Source of the DNA: the human T2T-CHM13v2.0 reference genome, Homo sapiens
DNA: 64,000 nucleotides
Direction: 5' to 3' (one strand)
Assembly: GCF_009914755.1 (NCBI RefSeq)
Contig: NC_060940.1
Shown here in pieces: positions 57,501 to 64,000 of this stretch (the stretch's first letter is position 1; each line of letters opens with the position of its first letter). The notes below the pieces were generated by a model that saw only the letters and a list, made by a program, of their open reading frames with translations, made no database searches and had not been told where the DNA came from. Both the position numbers and the translations under genes were made by a program.

Positions 57501-58454
57501 CAAATATTTGTAGCTTGTGGGTCACCCGGCCACTTCCTGAGAGGCTAAATCTGGGGATGTCCCTGTCCACACAATTTCCATCTCCCCGGCACTGCCAGGA
57601 TGAAGCTGAGCATTGTTGGTGTGTCTGGAGGCTTCTGGTTCCAACTGGGGCCACCTGGACATCCAGGATGTTGGCGGGGGTTGGGAGGACGGGCAGCAGG
57701 GAACAGGATCATGTGTGAGCAACTCCTCTTATGGCGAGCACTGCTGATCACCGGAGAACATGATCTCAGCAAATCACGGCAACTCTGAACAGGCTGCCAG
57801 GGCAGGTACTGCCCGGGGTGATGGTCTGCCCCCCCCCCACCCACCAAAGCTGCGACTGTCCAACCCTGCAGGCAGGTGGGGATCCTGCGCAAGGGAAAAA
57901 AGTTACCCTAGCTGGTGGGCACGGCTGGTGATGGTCTGGGCCCCACCGAAACCTAAGGCTGTCCAATCCTGGACTCCAAATCACTCACAGCCCCTTACAT
58001 GAGTGGTTTCATTCATGCATTCATATCAGCAGCCCAAAGACTTATTTTTATGCACTTCCTCGTGATTTGTCCTTTGGTCACCATGAACTAAACTTCTCTG
58101 CACCCGGCACTGGGCTATACAGGCTTCACATTAACGTCGGATTAAATTCTCCTAAGCTTTCCGGGAGAAGGCATGGCCTTTCCCCCACTTTACACATGAG
58201 GTCACTGAAGTCAAGAGAGGTTAACTAACCTACCCATGGCAGCCAGAAGTAGAGCCTCCCTAGAAGCCAGATATACAGACTCTACCAAGCTCCAGATAGT
58301 TCCACAGCAAGCCACGGCTAGCACACCACCGTCTTACGATCCTGCCAAAGGCTTTCCCACTACAGACCAGGCGAGTGGGCTGCAGGGAGCTCTGAATTTG
58401 GGAACTGAGACAGAACATCATCCATAAGCGCCCTAATCCACAAGGATGTTTCTC

Positions 58455-59645
58455 CCCCGCGACCAGAGCGGCTCCTTCTGGGATGCAGCAAGCGGCGGGG
58501 AGGCAGCGCGCCGGTGCCAGGCCTGTGGCGGGGGCGCAGGCACAGCCGGAAAGGGCCTGGAGGAGCAGCTGATCCTGCTGGGGTCGCTTAGAAGACTGAG
58601 CCTGTACTTAGCTCTCCGTGGTAAATAACAGCTCTGGTTTCTGCTAAAAGGATTCATTCCCAGAACACAATAATTTTCATCTCCTCCTCACTACAACCCA
58701 TATTTTATGGCTAAATATACGCCATAATGAGCCACTGGCCTGATAGCGTCGTTAAGGAGATATTTGACCTCGGGTTTAATTGCAGGATGGAATAAATGGC
58801 TGGGAAGCGCAGAAGGGGCCCTACCAGCTCGCAGGCGAGTTCAGGGCTCAGCATCTGGCATTTGCCAGCCCCAGAGAAAGTGGCGCGGGTGGAGAAAGCG
58901 GCTCCCGCAGCGTCCGGGGCGCTGAGACGCTCGAGGGCGCAGGCGCCCTAGAGCAGCCGGGTGCAGTCTTTGGCCAGGGCTGCCCCTGGAACACCCCGGT
59001 GTGGCCGCATTAGGGAGCCCCCTACCCCTGGGGAGCGGCCCTTTCTATCTCGCTCCCTCTTTAGCTTGCCGCCCTTCCTTTCAAAGCACCGGGAGAAAAG
59101 GCCAACCCCACCCCTGTGAGCCAGCGCGAGGCCGGCTACCTGGGCGCATGCCTGGCCACCCATCACGACAGATTAAACATCGGTGTGAAGGGTTCCTGTG
59201 TCTATCCCTCCGCCGAGGGCGCGGAGGGAGCGGGGATGAGGACCAGTCCCGGCACCTGCTGAAGGTTATGCAGAGAATGGAACCCGCGCTGGCGGACAAA
59301 TTGCAGCGCACAGCTGAGCAGGGCGGCTGGCCCAGCAGGAGGGGCTCCGCGGGGCAATTGCACCCGGCCTCCCACCCCTGGGTGTGCAACTCCAGAGCTT
59401 CTGTTCGGAAAACACAGGCCAGCCGGAGCCTGTGACCTCCACGGCCCGAAGAAGAGGGGCGGATTCAGGCCTGTGGCAGCGCGGGCCTTTCGCGCTCCCG
59501 CCCCTGTCTGTTCTCAGATTTTTCCCTCGGCTGCTCAACGTCAAGGCTACACAACCCGTCAAGGGAGTGTCAGCGGTGCGCACGGGTTTGACAAATCATA
59601 GTTCGCTGAAAGAACGAGGTGCCCGATAACTGTGACTTAGGCGCA
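58455..59645. promoter_or_regulatory. CpG-rich patches (small islands/shore)
   Basis: Abrupt rise in CpG and GC content (gcgcgccgg, gcgcgag, ttcgcgc) in non-repeat sequence. Confidence 0.8.
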
Positions 59646-61364
59646 CTTTATTCTGTCTTGGTCGTTTTTATTTGGGAGGGAGATGTGTTAGGGACTTGCT
59701 GTATCCGGTGGAAACTATGATGCTGCTATTCTCAAAAATGCACCTACACACCTAGTTTGCACCTTCCACTTCAATATCCTTTGATCTGGAGATAAAAACA
59801 CAGCCTTTCGCCTTCCCCATGCTTGACCCACTCTGTTACCCAAGGCCCTGGAAGCAGCCCCCAGGCTGACCCTTGATGGGGGGCAGCAACCTCCCGGCCG
59901 GCCCCCAATCAAGGGGTCTGCTGCTCTCCTCTGAGGTGGCAGAGGAGAGAAAGTGGGACAAAGTCCTCAAAGAAATGCCTCATCCCCAAGTAACTCACTC
60001 CCTAGGCTGTGAGCATTATCGCTACGTCAACTTTGGAGGAGTTGGAAGGAACCACCCTCAGAACAACTCTCCTTCTATGGGGGAGAAAGTTTACAAGCAA
60101 AACTTTAATTTGGTCCAGTAATTATCTATCTCTCGATGTCCCCTCTTCCTTGTGAAGTGTTGTTTCCTGGGATCGACTGACTTCTTTACCGCCGGGGTGC
60201 TAATCTGATTACCAGGCTGGTGAGCTCGGCCTTCAAAGCGTGTGTGAAGCAGTGTCGGTCTTCTTTGTAGTAACGGGGAAAGCAGAGATTCACAACAGGG
60301 CTTGGGGGATGGCGCCCCAGCGGTGCCAGGAGGTCCATCTCTCCAGGTGGAAAACCCAGGCCGGGTGTTCTCTGGGCCCTGCCTTCCACCTGCAGGCGGG
60401 CGGGGGTCCAATGAACCCACACCCAGGCTGAACTGGCCAGAAAGGGAGGGAACAGCATCTACACAAGCAGACTATGGCGACCACCAGAGAAAATAGGGCG
60501 GACAACCCAAATCTCCCCAGTCAAAGTTCCTCTAGGAAAAGATTAGACACGGCTCCGAAAGTTCCACTGGGCTAGACGCCCGCCGAGTCTCCGTTTCACC
60601 TTGTCTGTGGAGACGCAGCTATGCGGTGTCTGATAAGTGGACCGGACCTGGAAGCGCCGGGCTGTGGTCGCCCAAAGGCGTGGTGCCCGCATCAGCCTGG
60701 CTGCCCTGACCCAGGAAACACCGACCCTGTCCCAGGGCCACAGCCACGGCCCAGGTCACCAGCCGCGTGGGTCAGTCTCTCTCCCGCTGCTGCAAGTCGG
60801 GCTGTCTCTCCTGCTGGCCGTTCTCCTCTAACCAAAGCAAAGGAGGGCAGCACCGCCAGGGTCCTTGCCTATCCACGGAGGAAAAGACGGCAGTGGGATC
60901 CGGAAAAGGGGGAGAGAAAAAAAAGTTCTCTCGGGATGGAAGGACTTGATAGGGTCTTTAGAAAATCTAATTGCTTAGCCCCAGAAAAAAAAAAAAAGGC
61001 AGCCGGCCAGGAAATAATGTCAAAATCCGGGCTAATTATATTATTAAAAACAAAGAAAAAAACGAAAATGAAAAGGAGCAGAGCGGTGAAGGGGATAAGG
61101 GAGACTGAGTTCTAGCCGCATCCGAGTGTCCCGGAAGCGTTATCTGAGTGCTCCTTAAAAAAAAAGGAGCTGCGGGACTTAAATTAGGGTTTTTCTTATC
61201 CACAAACCTGATTGCGCTACCGAGGGTTGGTGGGGGGAACGAGGTGAGGGGGCTGATTGCAAACAGAGGGTTCTCGATTTGGAGAAAGTTAGAGAGGCGG
61301 GCAGGGCAATTTCACCCAGTTAGAGGAGGTGGGGGGGAGAAGGTTTCTGCTGGAGGTCCCAGAG

Positions 61365-63611
61365 CGGCCCAGAGCGCGCTCCCTTTGATTGGGCCTGGGA
61401 CCAGAGCGCGGCGAGTCTCCGGCGGCCGCGGCGCGATCGGCTGGCTGTTTGTAATTCCATCCTTTTTTCATTAACATAAACACCACTTGAACAAAAATAT
61501 ACACGGCCACCTACTTCGTCGGGAAAGACAGTCCAGCGCCCACCGGCCCGTGCTCGCCCGCCTGCCGAGCCCCGAGTCCCGGCAACGCGCCCCGGGTGCT
61601 CCGGTCCACTCGGCACACGCCGCGCGCGGGGCTCGGCCGAGGTGGCTTCGGGTGGCTCTGAAGCCTCGGTCTTCCCGGCTCCCAGGACGCCCCCCCCGCC
61701 CCCGCCCCTCCATTCAGCCTGTCATCTCGGCCCTCCGCCGCCTCCGGAGCCCCGACGGAGGTGCTGAGTTGTCAACGCAAATTCCTAGTTAAGCCACTTG
61801 TTGATAAACCCTCTAGGCAAATTGGTTCCGTCTTTACCTGCCCGCCCCGCCCCCGCCCCCGGCCCCAGCCGGCGCGCCCCTAATTGCTGGAGGAGCTCGA
61901 CGCCGGCGGCGGCCTCTGCAGCGAGCTAATTGAGTTGGAACCCGAGCGGTCTTCGTTAAGCCGGACGCAAGGCGGGGACGGGGGAAGGGGGCGGGAGGTG
62001 AGACGCAGCCTGGGACCTCCGGCCTGGGGTTGGAGGCCCACGCTTGCTGGGGTGGGCTTTTGGTGGAGGAAGAGCAATCATGCGGAGAGCTCTGCCGCCG
62101 GGTTAAGTGGACGCAGCGACTATCTGGCGGTTCTCGGGGGTCTGCGTTCCCTGGTTCACAACCACCCCACCCCCACGCGCCTGTGCACATGTCCCTCCCG
62201 CCGCGCAGGGTCTCCGCGTGCGCGCCCCGCCCCAAATAGAGCTTACTACAGTAACCCGGGAGTCTCACATCTGCGCGTCCCCCACCCGCCCATCCCCGCA
62301 CCGCCTGTACCCCAATTTCGGCCCGCACCCGACCAAATTTTAAAAATTGGGAGGGTTTTGGGGACTGCAATGGAAAATCAGCTGGCCCCGGCCCCAGACT
62401 CCGTCTACACTGGCACAGACAGGTGGAGTACAAAGCCGGCTTCCTGGATGATTCAGGCCCCAAATCGTAGGTAGAAATGTGCAAGTAATGGACCTTCGAT
62501 CTGCTTTCCCTCCCTTAGCACATAATCCGTAGTATTCGCTGTTTCCCGTTGCCCCTATAGACACGCCCCAACCAATCTCGCACTGTAAGTGCATTTCTTG
62601 GGTTTTCCGGGGAAAAGCACGGTTCCAGCACCCCAGATTCGTCTACCTCGGATTCCGACCCAGGCGTCACCCTCTAGCGGCAATCTCAGTTGCATCCAGA
62701 GAACAGCGCCGAGGCCTCCCACTCCCAACCGTCTCCCCTCCTGGCTGGGGCGGGCAGGGGTTGGGGTTTGAGTATGATCCTGATACCCGGGACCTGGGCA
62801 GTTTTACCGCCGCCCAAGGGGCAGTCCCGGCGGGAGACGCGCGGGGCCTGGGTTTCCAGAAGGTGCCTCCCCAAGGGGGCGGGCCCCGGGTGCACCCCGG
62901 TGCCCCGAGGCCCCCCAGCCTGAAGGCAGGCCGAATCCGCCCTTGACCAAGTCGAGGCCAAGCGAGTGCGAAAAAGGCGTGTATGAGGGGCCCCAAGACC
63001 TTTTCCCAGCCTGAAAAGTTTTCGGCGTTGCAGCTCTGGCGTTCCTGGACCCCGGGCGCTCAGGCGCGCACCCCTCCCCTGGGCTGGTGAAGGTATAATA
63101 AACACGGCCTTCACGCCGGCAGGACCCATCATTAGCCCAAACCGCGGTGGAAAGGAGCGCTCGGTTGCAGAGCTAGAACAGCAGTTACCAGCCGGGGCTG
63201 CCTGGCACCCTCCCGCCGCCGCCGGCGCCTTCCTGGCCGCCGAGCTGCCTCGCAGCCAGGTCCCAATGCCGACCCCAAGGCGTGCCGCCCCTGGAACCCG
63301 CGGGGGTCCCAGGTCCACGCCAAAAGAAACGCGCTCTGCTTCTCCCGGGCGTCAGATGCACCGCCTCGGCCGGACGCCAGCCCTGGACAAATTTTTCCGG
63401 GAAGGCGACGTAAAGAATGTCAGACTTGCAAAACCAGAGTGCGCCTCGGTTGCTTAAAATGGAGAGAGAGAGAGAGAGAGAGAAGTCAGGGGCAGGTGGG
63501 CAGCGGTGGAGGGGCGGCTGCCCTGGAGTCACGGACTTCAGCAGAGGCGGCTTAGCAAAAAACGCAGAAAAACGTGGGGGCGGCAGCGGAGGGAGTGTTG
63601 GACGCTTACCG
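61365..63611. promoter_or_regulatory. Main CpG island (~2.25 kb) with CCAAT boxes and GC boxes
   Basis: Very high CpG density (ggcggccgcggcgcg, ggcgcgcc); ATTGG at ~61387 and ~61821; tandem CCGCCC at 61841-61860; no interspersed repeats. Confidence 0.93.
62667..62680 (-). promoter_or_regulatory. Candidate CTCF site
   Basis: Minus strand CCGCTAGAGGGTGA resembles the CTCF core CCASYAGRKGGCRS. Confidence 0.45.
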
Positions 63612-63712
63612 CTGGTCTCACAAAAGAATGAATTTGATTCCTAATTAAGTTAGTTTTCATGGTGCATTAAATGGATCTCAGCTCAATTTTGGGAAAAAAA
63701 ACAATGACCCCA
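63610..63712 (-). ncRNA. Candidate 103-nt internal exon of a minus-strand lncRNA
   Basis: Acceptor gctttctctcag|TG (AG at 63714-63713) and donor GCG|gtaagc (GT at 63609-63608). Confidence 0.4.
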
Positions 63713-64000
63713 CTGAGAGAAAGCTTCGCCTGCAGCTGCCAGTGGGAACGAAGTGGTTTTCAAACCCTAAGGGAGGTGGGAGGAGAGGCCAGATAAAAGG
63801 ATCAATGCTGACCTTGGGTATATAACAAAATATTTAAAATATGTTGCGGTTTATGCTTTTTTAAATAGCGGGTCTTATACATCTACCCATGTCAGGGATA
63901 GAATTTTTGCAGGTAATTAATTGCTAACTATTAGGAAAAAATCCCCAGGATGAGAATTAATTGGCACTGGGGTAGAGAAATGCAGAGCACATATGAAAAC

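Noticed and set aside
62694-62712. REST/NRSE site
   Set aside because: Only a partial right half (acagcgcc); the left TCAGCACC half is absent.
61289-63644. Overlapping 100-216-aa ORFs in the CpG island
   Set aside because: Expected from stop-codon depletion in GC-rich DNA; no forkhead, homeodomain or other recognisable motif.

Overview
Primate (very probably human) non-coding genomic DNA. I can support no protein-coding exon, tRNA, rRNA or CRISPR array; all long ORFs in the track come from simple repeats, Alus or GC-rich composition. The first ~58 kb is a mosaic of Alu (J, S, Y), MIR, L2, old L1, MaLR/ERVL LTRs (MLT1, MLT2, THE1, LTR16-like), MER DNA transposons and large simple repeats. The last ~6 kb is a CpG-island complex with AT-rich, homeodomain-motif-dense patches, typical of a developmental transcription-factor locus. 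From memory only (no search run), the island layout plus minus-strand splice and poly(A) signals fit 16q24.1 upstream of FOXF1, i.e. the 3' part of the lncRNA FENDRR. I found no evidence of a new multi-gene system. The most notable observations are: (1) a perfect 17-bp target-site duplication enclosing ~143 bp of non-Alu sequence plus an old AluJ, suggesting a chimeric retrocopy with loose H/ACA-like features; (2) an ~88-bp hairpin with a perfect 17-bp core; (3) a phase-preserving 1.2-kb (GAT/GGT)n array; (4) an exact 49-bp tandem duplication; (5) an orphan CpG cluster with two interlocked palindromes, one matching the ZBED1/hDREF site. Repeat subfamily names and most repeat boundaries are by-eye approximations.
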